Assembly: GCA_046075565.1 (NCBI GenBank)
Contig: JBJTQJ010000088.1
Location: forward strand, 1-14,886
Direction: 5' to 3'
Source of the DNA: Verrucomicrobiales bacterium
Lineage (GTDB): Bacteria; Verrucomicrobiota; Verrucomicrobiia; Verrucomicrobiales; SLCJ01
Length of the DNA: 14,886 bases
Shown here: positions 1-8,557 of the stretch, piece by piece
Layout of the letters: each line of letters opens with the position of its first letter
Numbering within the stretch: position 1 is the first letter of the stretch
The notes under the pieces: model-generated
The model's database searches: none
Told to the model about the DNA's origin: nothing
What the model saw: the letters and a program-made list of their open reading frames with translations, nothing else
Program-made: the position numbers and the translations under genes

Positions 1-2
1 CC

Positions 3-2111
3 GGGGGATTCACCACCGTGGCGTTCTCTTCGTTGCCATATGAGATCACTTTCGAAGTTACGGGCGCGGCCGGCACCACCACAACCGGCCCTCTGCATTT
101 CGATACGTTCTTCGCAGGAGTGAACGGAGTCCAAGCCCAGACCGGGAAGGCCCACAAGATCATACTCCGGCCGGGGGAAAGCCGGGTCTTGTCTTCCATA
201 TCTGACAAGGCGTTCGCGGGCGCGAGCGGCCAGGTCGATGTGGAGTCCGGTTGGGAACACACCACCGGCGCGCTTTTCAACGCCGGCACCTTCCCGAAGG
301 CGCTGGCCTCCGGCGATAGGATCAAGGTAACCCTCAGGCCCAGAATCAGCACAATGACTGATGATTACATCACCTACTGGTTTGGAGCGAGGACGGCCAC
401 TCCCACCCTGCAATCGGGCACGATCACTCTGCAAAACGATATGAAAGTGGATGTGGAATTGCCCACGGTGATCACGCCACAGGCCTACTCGGTGAGCAAT
501 ATCGTGGCCGAAAAAAAGATCCCGATGATGTTATTCAGCTACTATCTTCGGCCCGAACGCGATACCCCTACCCCATCAAAGTCATGGGTCTGGAACAACC
601 CAACCATCGCCTACAGGTGGCCGGCTGACGGCTCGCTTTCCAGCAAACTCCACCGCCAGTTCGAAATGCTCGTGGTGGGTGTCGATACCCCGGAAAACCC
701 CTACCTTCAAATCACCCCCGACAACCAAGCCTACTGGGGCGGCGGAGTTCGGGCCGACTTCGGGGTGCCGTTCTTCACCTACCGCAATGTCCCGCTCACC
801 CCACCCCTTTCGCTCGCCGCTTTCCAGCATTCTTGCGCGAATGGTTTCCGCCGGCATTGGAAAGACAGCCCGGTCCGCATCGGCGGCACCTTCCCCACCG
901 ATGCTTTCGGGCTGGACGGCCACCAGTATCTCGCGCCCATGGTTTCCAAAGCTATCGGGAACTCGTTCGCCCAGCCCCTCATCCGCGGAGATCGGGTGGA
1001 GGGGACACTTTTGGCTTGTCTAGCCTCGGGCAACGGAGGTGCCCCCGGTCAATACAACATCGCGGACCACTCCTATCTGGCCAATGCCGCGCTTTGGGAC
1101 TCGTGGTATCTCTCTTCCCTCGGACCGCAGACGGTGGATCCATACGGTTCGAACAAACGCAGCCTGCAAAAGGTCTTCGACGACTTCTTCCCCGTGGTGG
1201 CGTCCACCAAACCGGTGCCGTTGCCTTCGGTAAGGATGCGTCCCTACCGGGCCGACGCCGAAGCCGACCTTCGGAAATTGCTCACTGCCGGCAAACCCGC
1301 CGCCGATGCTTATCGGAAACTCGCTTCCCACCTGTTAGTTGATGGTGCCTTCAATATTAATTCCACCTCGGTGACTGCATGGAAAGCCATCCTCGGCAGT
1401 CTGCGTGGCCATGATGCCGTGACCCGCGATCGCAACAGCACCAATCCCTCGCTCGTGGCCGCCAGTTCCGGCAATACTCCGGTCAACGGATTGATCGTCG
1501 CCAACGGACCGCTGGCCCAACCCTCGGGCGACCCGGCGGAGCGCGATCAGTGGATCGGTTTCCGTTCCTTGAGCGACCAAGAGATCGACAAACTCGCGAC
1601 CGCCCTTGTCGAGGAGATCCGCCTCCGCGGACCATTCCTCAGCCTCTCGGATTTCATCAACCGCCGTCCCGGCACGGACGATGATCTCGCCCGCCAGGGC
1701 ACGCTCCAAGCCGCCATCGAAAAGGCTGATATCAACGGGGCTTTGGACAAAGGTTCCCGGGCCCTCGGTGCGATCGCCGGGGCCGTATTTCCCAAATCCG
1801 GCGAGGGTTCACGTGCTTCGGGAGTTCCCGGTTACATCACGCAGGCCGACTTGCTCACCCCACTCGGTCCGGCCTTGCAAGCGCGTTCCGACACCTTCAT
1901 CATCCGCGCGTATGGCAGCACCACCGACCGCACCGGCAAGGCTCTGGCCCGGGCGTGGTGCGAGGCGACCGTGCAGCGTGTTCCCGACTATCTGAGTTCC
2001 GCCGATAAGCCCGAGGTGCGCTCCGCGGATCTCACCTCCGCCGTCAACCGCGCCTTCGGCAGGCAATTCAGAGTTGTTAGCTTTCGTTGGCTCAATTCCG
2101 ATGATATCTGA
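3..2111 (+). CDS. Large hypothetical protein, 5'-truncated by the window; C-terminus has GspK/pseudopilin-like motifs; family typical of Verrucomicrobiota
   Basis: Frame is open from base 3 (ggg gga ttc acc acc gtg), so the GTG at 18 is probably not the true start. Motifs GAFNINSTS, EEIRLRGPFLSLSDFINR, ARSDTFIIRAYG, ARAWCEATVQR and terminal FGRQFRVVSFRWL match my recollection of a paralogous verrucomicrobial family. Function is inferred only. Confidence 0.75.
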   Translation, partial: GGFTTVAFSSLPYEITFEVTGAAGTTTTGPLHFDTFFAGVNGVQAQTGKAHKIILRPGESRVLSSISDKAFAGASGQVDVESGWEHTTGALFNAGTFPKALASGDRIKVTLRPRISTMTDDYITYWFGARTATPTLQSGTITLQNDMKVDVELPTVITPQAYSVSNIVAEKKIPMMLFSYYLRPERDTPTPSKSWVWNNPTIAYRWPADGSLSSKLHRQFEMLVVGVDTPENPYLQITPDNQAYWGGGVRADFGVPFFTYRNVPLTPPLSLAAFQHSCANGFRRHWKDSPVRIGGTFPTDAFGLDGHQYLAPMVSKAIGNSFAQPLIRGDRVEGTLLACLASGNGGAPGQYNIADHSYLANAALWDSWYLSSLGPQTVDPYGSNKRSLQKVFDDFFPVVASTKPVPLPSVRMRPYRADAEADLRKLLTAGKPAADAYRKLASHLLVDGAFNINSTSVTAWKAILGSLRGHDAVTRDRNSTNPSLVAASSGNTPVNGLIVANGPLAQPSGDPAERDQWIGFRSLSDQEIDKLATALVEEIRLRGPFLSLSDFINRRPGTDDDLARQGTLQAAIEKADINGALDKGSRALGAIAGAVFPKSGEGSRASGVPGYITQADLLTPLGPALQARSDTFIIRAYGSTTDRTGKALARAWCEATVQRVPDYLSSADKPEVRSADLTSAVNRAFGRQFRVVSFRWLNSDDI

Positions 2112-2137
2112 TTCACCCCATCCCTTGCAATTACTTC

Positions 2138-2869
2138 ATGCTCCTTTACTCCTCCATTAGGCCGTTCTTGCTCCGCATCCTATTTTCCCTAGTCGTGCTT
2201 GGCTCCAATGTCCCTGCCCAGGAAAATGCCGAGGAGAAGGAAGACAAGTCTCCAATCCTCTTGCGGGTTCTTTGCAAACAACCGGTGGCCGGTGCCACGG
2301 ACCTCAAAATCGTGCAAGGCGAGCAGGCAATCCATGCCCTCGAGATCACACCCTCCCTCATGACCGATCCCATCGCGGTCAATCGGGGAGATTTGCTGCT
2401 TGCCCGCACCGAAGGCGGCGGGGAAAAGCCAACCTTCAACCACGTTTTGAAAATCAACATCCCTAACGAAGGAAAGCGATTTGTCCTCGCCATCTTCGCT
2501 TCTCCCGAACCACCGTCGCCCGACAAACCCTACCAATTCCGTTTGGTCCGCACCGATGGTCTGCGTTTTGGGGCATCGGATCTCTATCTTTTCAACCTCA
2601 CCCCGCTTCCCATCGCGGGTGTTCTCGGCCAGGAGAAATTCGCCCTCGCACCCGAAGCATCCAAGGTCGTCACTCCCAAGCCGGAGGATCCGGAAGGGCA
2701 AATGTATCAGAGCCGCTTCTACTGCCAGATCGGCGATCAGGCGAAAGTCTTCAACGACACCCGTTGGCCGGTTGCCGCCAGCGCGCGGGTTTACCTCTTC
2801 TTCATCCCCGATCCCGAGCGGAAATCCCTAGGTTATCTTTCCTTCAGGGAATACGAACCGTTCCCGTGA
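2138..2869 (+). CDS. Hypothetical protein, probably exported
   Basis: 243-aa ORF starting 26 nt after the previous stop on the same strand. Hydrophobic N-terminus (RILFSLVVLGSNVPA) followed by an acidic stretch, consistent with a signal peptide. No recognisable catalytic motif. Confidence 0.75.
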   Translation: MLLYSSIRPFLLRILFSLVVLGSNVPAQENAEEKEDKSPILLRVLCKQPVAGATDLKIVQGEQAIHALEITPSLMTDPIAVNRGDLLLARTEGGGEKPTFNHVLKINIPNEGKRFVLAIFASPEPPSPDKPYQFRLVRTDGLRFGASDLYLFNLTPLPIAGVLGQEKFALAPEASKVVTPKPEDPEGQMYQSRFYCQIGDQAKVFNDTRWPVAASARVYLFFIPDPERKSLGYLSFREYEPFP

Positions 2870-2872
2870 AGG

Positions 2873-2890
2873 GTCCGCCGGAGGGCGGGC
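2873..2890 (+). terminator. GC-rich hairpin after the stop codon, possible terminator or stabilising stem
   Basis: gtccgcc-ggag-ggcgggc forms a 7-bp stem with one G-U pair, 3 nt after the TGA at 2869. No U-tract follows. Confidence 0.3.
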
Positions 2891-2953
2891 GCGTGCTGGC
2901 CTAGCAAGGCAGATCGAACGAAAGCCGGGCCAACTCCCGCACGTTCTTATCCC

Positions 2954-4468
2954 ATGTTTTTCGCGCCTTTCCGGTTCTCCCTGCTGTTCGCGGTGCTGGT
3001 GCCCCTCTCCTTGTCGGCAGGACCATCGGATCCCATCCTCAAGCCCGATGTCATCCTCATGATGAGTGATGATCACGGTTGGGAGGAAACGGGTTACAAC
3101 GGCCATCCGCACGTTAAGACTCCGGTGCTTGATCAAATGGCCGCCACCGGGCTGAAGTTCGAGCGCTTTTACGCCGCCCATCCGAGTTGCTCACCGACCC
3201 GCGCGAGTTTTCTCACCGGCCGACACCCGAACCGTATGGGCACCTTCGCTCCGGGTTGGTCGATGCGCCCGGAAGAGACCACCATCGCCCACCTCATGTC
3301 GAAAGCCGGTTATCATTGCGCCCATCTCGGTAAATGGCATGTCGGCGCGGTAAAAGCAGGCTCCCCCGTGAACCCGGGCGCCATGGGATTCCACGAATGG
3401 CTTTCCCATGACAATTTCTTCGAGCTCAATCCCCCGTTCTCGCGCAACGGCGGCCCCCCGGAGGTCCTTAAGGGCGAAAGCTCGGACTTGTTGGTCCAGG
3501 AAGCCATTGCCGCCATGGCAAGGGCGCGCGCGGCAAACAAGCCGGTCTTTCTGGTCATCTGGTTCGGTTCTCCTCACGAGCCCTATCAGGGATTGACACA
3601 GGATCTCGCTCTCTATGACGATGTCACGGCCAAATACTCGAAAATGGTCAGCCTCACTTCGAATGAAACCGGTCTGCAGACGAGACGGCCTCAAGGCGAG
3701 GTTTTGCGCGAACGCTACGCGGAGATCACCGCCATGGATCGCGCCATCGGGAAATTGCGTGAACATCTGGTGGAAACCGGTCGGCGCGAGAACACCCTGC
3801 TCTTCTATTGCGGTGATAATGGCACCTCGCCTGATAGCGCGCTCGGCTTCCCCCATCGCGGCGTCAAAGGCCAGATCTACGAAGGCGGCACGCTTGTTCC
3901 CGGTCTGATAGAATGGCCCGCCCGAATTCCGAAACCCCGCACGACATCATTCCGCGCCTGCACCTCCGATCTGCTGCCGACCCTTGCCACCCTCACCGGC
4001 CAGCCATTGCCGAAGCGTCCTCTCGACGGATTCGATCTCGGTCCGGTGCTCGATGGAAAGATGAACGAGCGCCCGATCCCCATCGCCTTCTGGGACTTCA
4101 ATAGCGGACGCTTTCTCAAGACCAGTCCGAAGCCGTATATTGATCCCGCGTTGCAAGAGGGCACCACGCCCTTGGTGAAGCGGGGCGGGAGCAAATTCAC
4201 GAGGGATTTCTACAATTACCAATACCCGGAGGTCAATGAAGCCGACGTGAAAGGTCCCCGCTCCATCATCGAAGGTGATCACAAGTTGGTTCTGATGGAA
4301 AAGAACGGCGAGACGAGCATCGAGTTATTCGACTTGAAGACCGACCCGGCGGAGAAAACGAATCTCCTCGCGCAAAAACCGGAACTCGCCCGCAAACTCG
4401 AAGCGGATATGCTCGAGTGGCAACGTTCCGTGCTAAAGAGCCTCACGGGAGCGGACTACCAACCTTGA
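2954..4468 (+). CDS. Secreted formylglycine-dependent sulfatase (family S1, arylsulfatase-like)
   Basis: Signal peptide; metal-binding MMSDDHG; signature CSPTRASFLTG (CxPxR); GKWH; GDNG; KGQIYEGG; C-terminal ELFDLKTDPAEKTNL. Confidence 0.95.
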   Translation: MFFAPFRFSLLFAVLVPLSLSAGPSDPILKPDVILMMSDDHGWEETGYNGHPHVKTPVLDQMAATGLKFERFYAAHPSCSPTRASFLTGRHPNRMGTFAPGWSMRPEETTIAHLMSKAGYHCAHLGKWHVGAVKAGSPVNPGAMGFHEWLSHDNFFELNPPFSRNGGPPEVLKGESSDLLVQEAIAAMARARAANKPVFLVIWFGSPHEPYQGLTQDLALYDDVTAKYSKMVSLTSNETGLQTRRPQGEVLRERYAEITAMDRAIGKLREHLVETGRRENTLLFYCGDNGTSPDSALGFPHRGVKGQIYEGGTLVPGLIEWPARIPKPRTTSFRACTSDLLPTLATLTGQPLPKRPLDGFDLGPVLDGKMNERPIPIAFWDFNSGRFLKTSPKPYIDPALQEGTTPLVKRGGSKFTRDFYNYQYPEVNEADVKGPRSIIEGDHKLVLMEKNGETSIELFDLKTDPAEKTNLLAQKPELARKLEADMLEWQRSVLKSLTGADYQP

Positions 4469-4475
4469 AATACCC

Positions 4476-5972
4476 ATGAAAACCGGAACAGTTTTCGCCG
4501 CTCTTTTCCTTGTCTCGCTATCAGTGGCCATCGCGGATCCCAAATCCGCGAAGCCGAACGTGCTCATGATCGTGATCGATGATCAGAACGACTGGATCGG
4601 CCCCACGGGCGGTCATCCTTTGGTAAAGACACCCCATCTCGATGCCCTCGCCGCGCGCGGAACCACCTTTCTCAACGCGCATTGCCAATCGCCGTTGTGC
4701 AATCCGTCGCGAACCAGCGCGATGTTCAGCGTGCGTCCGACCACCACCGGGATCTACGGATTATCCCCCGCCCCGCGCGACCACGCCGATCTGAAGTCCC
4801 GTGTCTCCTTGCCCCAGCACTTCGCTGCACACGGCTACCGCACGTATGCCACCGGGAAGGTCTATCACGCGGGCACGACCGCGGGCGGGAAGGGTCTGCC
4901 CGCCGAATTCGATGTGACCGCGCCCTTCGGTGGTGTCGGTTCGCGCCCGAAGAAAAAGCTCATTCCCGCCACGCCGATGGGAAACCATCCGGCCATGGAC
5001 TGGGGCGTCTGGCCACCCGATAACGACGACACCGAAAAAGGCGATTTCAAAGTGGCGACCTGGATCTCGGATTCCATCCGGCAGGCACCGGCAGATCAAC
5101 CCTTTTTCTTATCGGCGGGATTTTCCCTTCCACACGTCCCTTGTTATGCGACCCAAAAGTGGTTCGACCTCTATCCGGATGACGACAGTGTGTTACCGAA
5201 GACCCTCGCCGGGGACCGCGATGACACTCCCCGCTTTTCCTGGTATCTGCACTGGACACTTCCCGAACCGAGGCTCAAGTGGCTGCAGGAAAGCAAGCAA
5301 TGGCGCAACCTCGTCCGCAGCTATCTTGCCAGCACCAGTTTCATGGATTCCCAAATCGGACGATTGATGGACGCCCTGCGGGAATCCGGTCGTCTTCAAA
5401 ACACCATCGTGGTAGTCTGGAGTGATCACGGTTGGCATCTGGGAGAAAAAGCAATTTCCGGCAAGAACACCTTGTGGGATCGTTCGACCCGCGTGCCCCT
5501 CATCTTCGCAGGTCCGGGTGTAGGAGCAGGGCAACGCTGCACCCAACCTGCGGAATTGATGGACATCTATCCAACCTTGGTCGAATTGGCCGGCTTGGGC
5601 AAACGTGATGACCTCGAAGGTCTGAGCCTTGTCCCGCAACTGCGCGACGCGGCAAGCAAACGCGTGCGTCCCGCCATCACCAGCCACAATCAGGGCAACC
5701 ATGGCATCCGCAGCGAACGTTGGCGCTACATCCGTTATGCCGATGGCAGCGAGGAACTCTACGACATGATCGTGGATCCAAACGAGTGGAACAACCTGGC
5801 AGCAAAACCCGAACATGCACCTATCGTTGCCGAGCACAAAGCGTGGTTGCCCAAAGTGGATCGCCCGCTGGCTCCGAAGAGCGCCTCGCGCATCCTTACC
5901 TATGATGCGGCCACTGATACCGCCGTCTGGGAAGGGAAAACCATCAAACGCGGGGATCCGATTCCGGAATGA
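4476..5972 (+). CDS. Secreted formylglycine-dependent sulfatase (family S1, iduronate-2-sulfatase/choline-sulfatase-like)
   Basis: Signal peptide; KPNVLMIVIDD; signature CNPSRT; GKVYH; SDHGWHLGEK; KNTLWDRSTRVPLIF; EELYDMIVDPNEWNNLA. Starts 7 nt after the first sulfatase. Confidence 0.95.
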   Translation: MKTGTVFAALFLVSLSVAIADPKSAKPNVLMIVIDDQNDWIGPTGGHPLVKTPHLDALAARGTTFLNAHCQSPLCNPSRTSAMFSVRPTTTGIYGLSPAPRDHADLKSRVSLPQHFAAHGYRTYATGKVYHAGTTAGGKGLPAEFDVTAPFGGVGSRPKKKLIPATPMGNHPAMDWGVWPPDNDDTEKGDFKVATWISDSIRQAPADQPFFLSAGFSLPHVPCYATQKWFDLYPDDDSVLPKTLAGDRDDTPRFSWYLHWTLPEPRLKWLQESKQWRNLVRSYLASTSFMDSQIGRLMDALRESGRLQNTIVVVWSDHGWHLGEKAISGKNTLWDRSTRVPLIFAGPGVGAGQRCTQPAELMDIYPTLVELAGLGKRDDLEGLSLVPQLRDAASKRVRPAITSHNQGNHGIRSERWRYIRYADGSEELYDMIVDPNEWNNLAAKPEHAPIVAEHKAWLPKVDRPLAPKSASRILTYDAATDTAVWEGKTIKRGDPIPE

Positions 5973-6062
5973 GACTGCGCCTCTTTTGAGAACAATTCTG
6001 CCTTGCGTATGGAGGCCATCAAAGTGTTCGACCTCATCGATCCGTTTCTCCAGACAGTGCGT

Positions 6063-6094
6063 CTTTCAAGCGCGAGACCATTCACTCTTGAAAG
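6063..6094. terminator. Inverted repeat between convergent genes, possible terminator
   Basis: ctttcaag (6063-6070) and cttgaaag (6087-6094) are perfect reverse complements, with further imperfect inner pairing. No clear U-tract. Confidence 0.3.
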
Positions 6095-6102
6095 GAAGAT
6101 GG

Positions 6103-6263
6103 AACCACAGATTTCACCCTACGCCGCCCTGCGGACTATGAAGGGCAAACAGATGGTCACGGATTTTTAAAGACTTGCAACAAATTCACCGCCGATCTGC
6201 TGGACGAAAAATTCTTCTTCCAGAACATCCTCAGTATCTGTGTTTTCCGTGTAATCTGTGGTT
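6103..6263. repeat. MITE/REP-like element with inverted arms built from ~9-nt AC(A/G)GAT units
   Basis: aaccacagatt (6103-6113) and aatctgtggtt (6253-6263) form a perfect 11-bp terminal inverted repeat. Each arm has three acagat/acggat/acggaa units. The left arm is interrupted by 31 bp (6118-6148). Confidence 0.6.
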
Positions 6264-6282
6264 TTCACTTCTGAATTTAGGA

Positions 6283-6717
6283 TCACTCCCCCGCTTCCTC
6301 GCCACCGAGCGTGACGCGGGCGGTGAGGATTTTTTTGTCTCCGGCGAGCACCTCGCCCTCGACCATGGCGAGCCCTCCCATCCGACCGCTGAGGCGGGCG
6401 TGGATTTCGATGGTCTCTCCGGGCCCCGCGGAACCGTTGATCCGGGCATTTTGCACGGCGGCCAATAGCAGTTTCCTCAGGGGCGGGCGCTCCGGGTCGG
6501 ACTGGACGATGATCCCTCCGAGCTGGGCTACGGCCTCAATCATGACCACGCCGGGCAAAATCGGATTGCCCGGGAAGTGGGCGGGCAGGAAAAACTCGTC
6601 TCCACGCACCAAATAGGTCGCAACCGCGTTCACTCCAGGTTCCAAGCGGGTGATGGTTTCGATAAATCGGAACGCGGAACCGTGGGGCAGGCTGGTGAGC
6701 GGGTCGGTGGGGGTCAT
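6283..6717 (-). CDS. FabZ/FabA-family hotdog 3-hydroxyacyl-ACP dehydratase
   Basis: LPHGSAFRFIETI (cf. LPHRYPFLLVDRV) and HFPGNPILPGVVMIEAVAQ carrying the catalytic His/Glu dyad; 144 aa. Confidence 0.92.
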   Translation of the reverse strand: MTPTDPLTSLPHGSAFRFIETITRLEPGVNAVATYLVRGDEFFLPAHFPGNPILPGVVMIEAVAQLGGIIVQSDPERPPLRKLLLAAVQNARINGSAGPGETIEIHARLSGRMGGLAMVEGEVLAGDKKILTARVTLGGEEAGE

Positions 6718-6819
6718 TCTGGAGATACGCTAACGGAAAGCGAGAGCATTTTCCACCGCCAAGGTGTTTTCCCACCCCCGGCAATCTCGGCGGGGCTTTT
6801 CCACCATTGTCCGACGCGC

Positions 6820-6848
6820 TTGTGTCGGAGTGCATCCATGGTTAGGTT
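6820..6848 (+). promoter_or_regulatory. Putative sigma70-type promoter for the GT2-methyltransferase operon
   Basis: TTGTGT (6820-6825), 17-nt spacer, TAGGTT (6843-6848), then 5 nt to the in-frame GTG at 6854. Confidence 0.45.
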
Positions 6849-6853
6849 CCCCT

Positions 6854-7630
6854 GTGCCCGATTCCGCCAACTGCCAATGTGTCGTTCTGATTCCGACGTA
6901 TAATACGGGGGAAAAAGTGCGCGAGGTGGTCGCGGAGGTCCGAAAAACCGGTTACCCGCTCATTGTCGTTGCCGATGGTTCGACCGACGGCACGACGGAG
7001 ATGTTGCGGAAAATGGCTGCGGAAGATGAAGCCATGACTTTGCTGGCCCACGAACGCAACCAAGGCAAGGGTGCAGCCTTACTCACCGGTGCCCGCGAGG
7101 CCTTGCAGCTCGGTTACACCCACGTGCTTGCCTTTGATGCCGACGGCCAACATCCGGTGTCTGTGGTGGGCGAGTATCTGGCGGCCATGCGCTCGGATCC
7201 GCACGCTTGGGTGGCGGGTTATCCGGTCTTCGATGCGAAGGCCCCGTGGGAGCGCGTCTTCTTCCGCAAGCTGGCTCTCTTCTGGACCCGTGTCGTATCC
7301 AGGCAACGGGAACTGAAAGACGCCATGTTCGGCATGCGTGTGTATCCGGCCCAAGCGCTCGTCGATTGCCTCGAATCCACTTCCCTCGGTCGACGTTACG
7401 ATGTCGAATGTGTGCTCGCCATCCGCCTCTCCCGCGCCGGGCATCCGGTGATTAACGTGGCGACACCGGTTCGTTACTTCCAAGCCGGCGAGGGCGGCGT
7501 CTCCCACTACCACTACCTGCGCGACAACGTGCGGCTGGGACTGGTCTTTCTAGCCCTCATGCCGGGCGCATTGACGCACCGTCGTCCGCCGCACCGCGAG
7601 GAATGGGAAATTTCCTCTCCCATCACATGA
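6854..7630 (+). CDS. Family 2 glycosyltransferase (DPM1-like)
   Basis: VLIPTYN, VVADGSTDGT, NQGKGAAL, DXD motif FDADGQH, SHY..LRDN. The ORF track starts at 6764, but the GT2 domain begins just after the GTG at 6854, which also follows a promoter-like element. Confidence 0.92.
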   Translation: MPDSANCQCVVLIPTYNTGEKVREVVAEVRKTGYPLIVVADGSTDGTTEMLRKMAAEDEAMTLLAHERNQGKGAALLTGAREALQLGYTHVLAFDADGQHPVSVVGEYLAAMRSDPHAWVAGYPVFDAKAPWERVFFRKLALFWTRVVSRQRELKDAMFGMRVYPAQALVDCLESTSLGRRYDVECVLAIRLSRAGHPVINVATPVRYFQAGEGGVSHYHYLRDNVRLGLVFLALMPGALTHRRPPHREEWEISSPIT

Positions 7631-8289
7631 CCCCGACCCGTGAAAAGTTTAAGGACTTGTGCTCCCGTTTCCCGACCACCGGGGAACGCTGTTATGCGCG
7701 CGGAAAGCTGGCCACCGATCCCTTGTATCCCGCGGTGCGCCGGGCCCTCGGGGAAAGAGATGACATCCCACTCTTGGACATCGGCTGCGGCATGGGTGTG
7801 CTTGCGTTTTACCTCCGCCTGACCGGCTGGAAAGGTCCCATCCGCGGACTGGATTACGACGCCCGCAAGATCGAGACAGCCAACCGTCTCGCGCCCGGAT
7901 TTCCCGGTGAGCATCGCTTCGAATGTGCCGATGCGATCCAAGGCCTGCCCGACCATCTCGGGCATGTAACCATCCTCGATATCCTCCAGTATTTCCCGAA
8001 TGAGGGTCGTGCGCGTCTGTTAGAGGAAGCAGCCCGCCGCGTGGCTCCCGGCGCGTTGCTCGTGCTCCGCACCGGCCTGGCCGCGCCGGGTTGGCGCTTC
8101 CGGGTCACGCGGTTCATGGACCATATGGCCAAGGTTGCGAACTGGATGAAGTCCCCTCCCCTCCACTACCCAACTGCGGAGGAAATCGAATCCGTGTTGC
8201 GCGGCGCGGGACTGGAGGGCTCGCTCGTTCCCTTGTGGGGCCGCACCCCTTTTAACAACTGGCTGGGGGTTTTCGCACGTGCGAAGTGA
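7627..8289 (+). CDS. Class I SAM-dependent methyltransferase
   Basis: Motif I LLDIGCGMG, acidic GLDYD, TILDILQY, RRVAPGALLVLR. ATG at 7627 overlaps the GT2 stop as ATGA (translational coupling). Confidence 0.92.
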   Translation: MTPTREKFKDLCSRFPTTGERCYARGKLATDPLYPAVRRALGERDDIPLLDIGCGMGVLAFYLRLTGWKGPIRGLDYDARKIETANRLAPGFPGEHRFECADAIQGLPDHLGHVTILDILQYFPNEGRARLLEEAARRVAPGALLVLRTGLAAPGWRFRVTRFMDHMAKVANWMKSPPLHYPTAEEIESVLRGAGLEGSLVPLWGRTPFNNWLGVFARAK

Positions 8290-8557
8290 GTAGAGAGGAA
8301 TACAGGAATCGCCGCAAAGCGGGCAGTTGACTCCGCAAAGCCGCTCAAGAATTCAGGATTTCTCCCCGAAAACGCGAAGAATACCATTGCGGGGATCCCT
8401 TCCCATCGGCAGAATCTCGTCGAAACGGTGTGAGCATCTCACGGCCCGACTTGCGCGAAACTTGGCTTCTTGGTGCGGGAACTTTGCTGCAGCCGCCACC
8501 ATGCCATCAACGGCAACTGACATTGAACCGCAATGCTTATCATTCCGACATTTCGGA

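Noticed and set aside
3-2111. Naming the first ORF Verru_Chthon cassette protein A or gspK
   Set aside because: The N-terminus is missing and I cannot confirm family membership without an HMM or structure search.
2954-5972. Sulfatases as part of the biosynthetic cluster
   Set aside because: They converge on the cluster, are separated by a hairpin and repeat element, and no sulfotransferase is present.
6009-6170. 53-aa ORF (MEAIKVFDLIDPF...) in frame after the second sulfatase stop
   Set aside because: No RBS or recognisable motif, and it runs through a hairpin and the repeat element; no evidence for stop read-through.
6764-6853. Longer GT2 start at GTG 6764
   Set aside because: The extension is not domain-like, fills the divergent promoter gap and runs over a well-spaced promoter-like element.
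8311-8345. CGCAAAGC resembling part of a c-di-GMP-I riboswitch
   Set aside because: No GCAAA/GNRA stem architecture around it, and it lies between convergent genes rather than in a leader.
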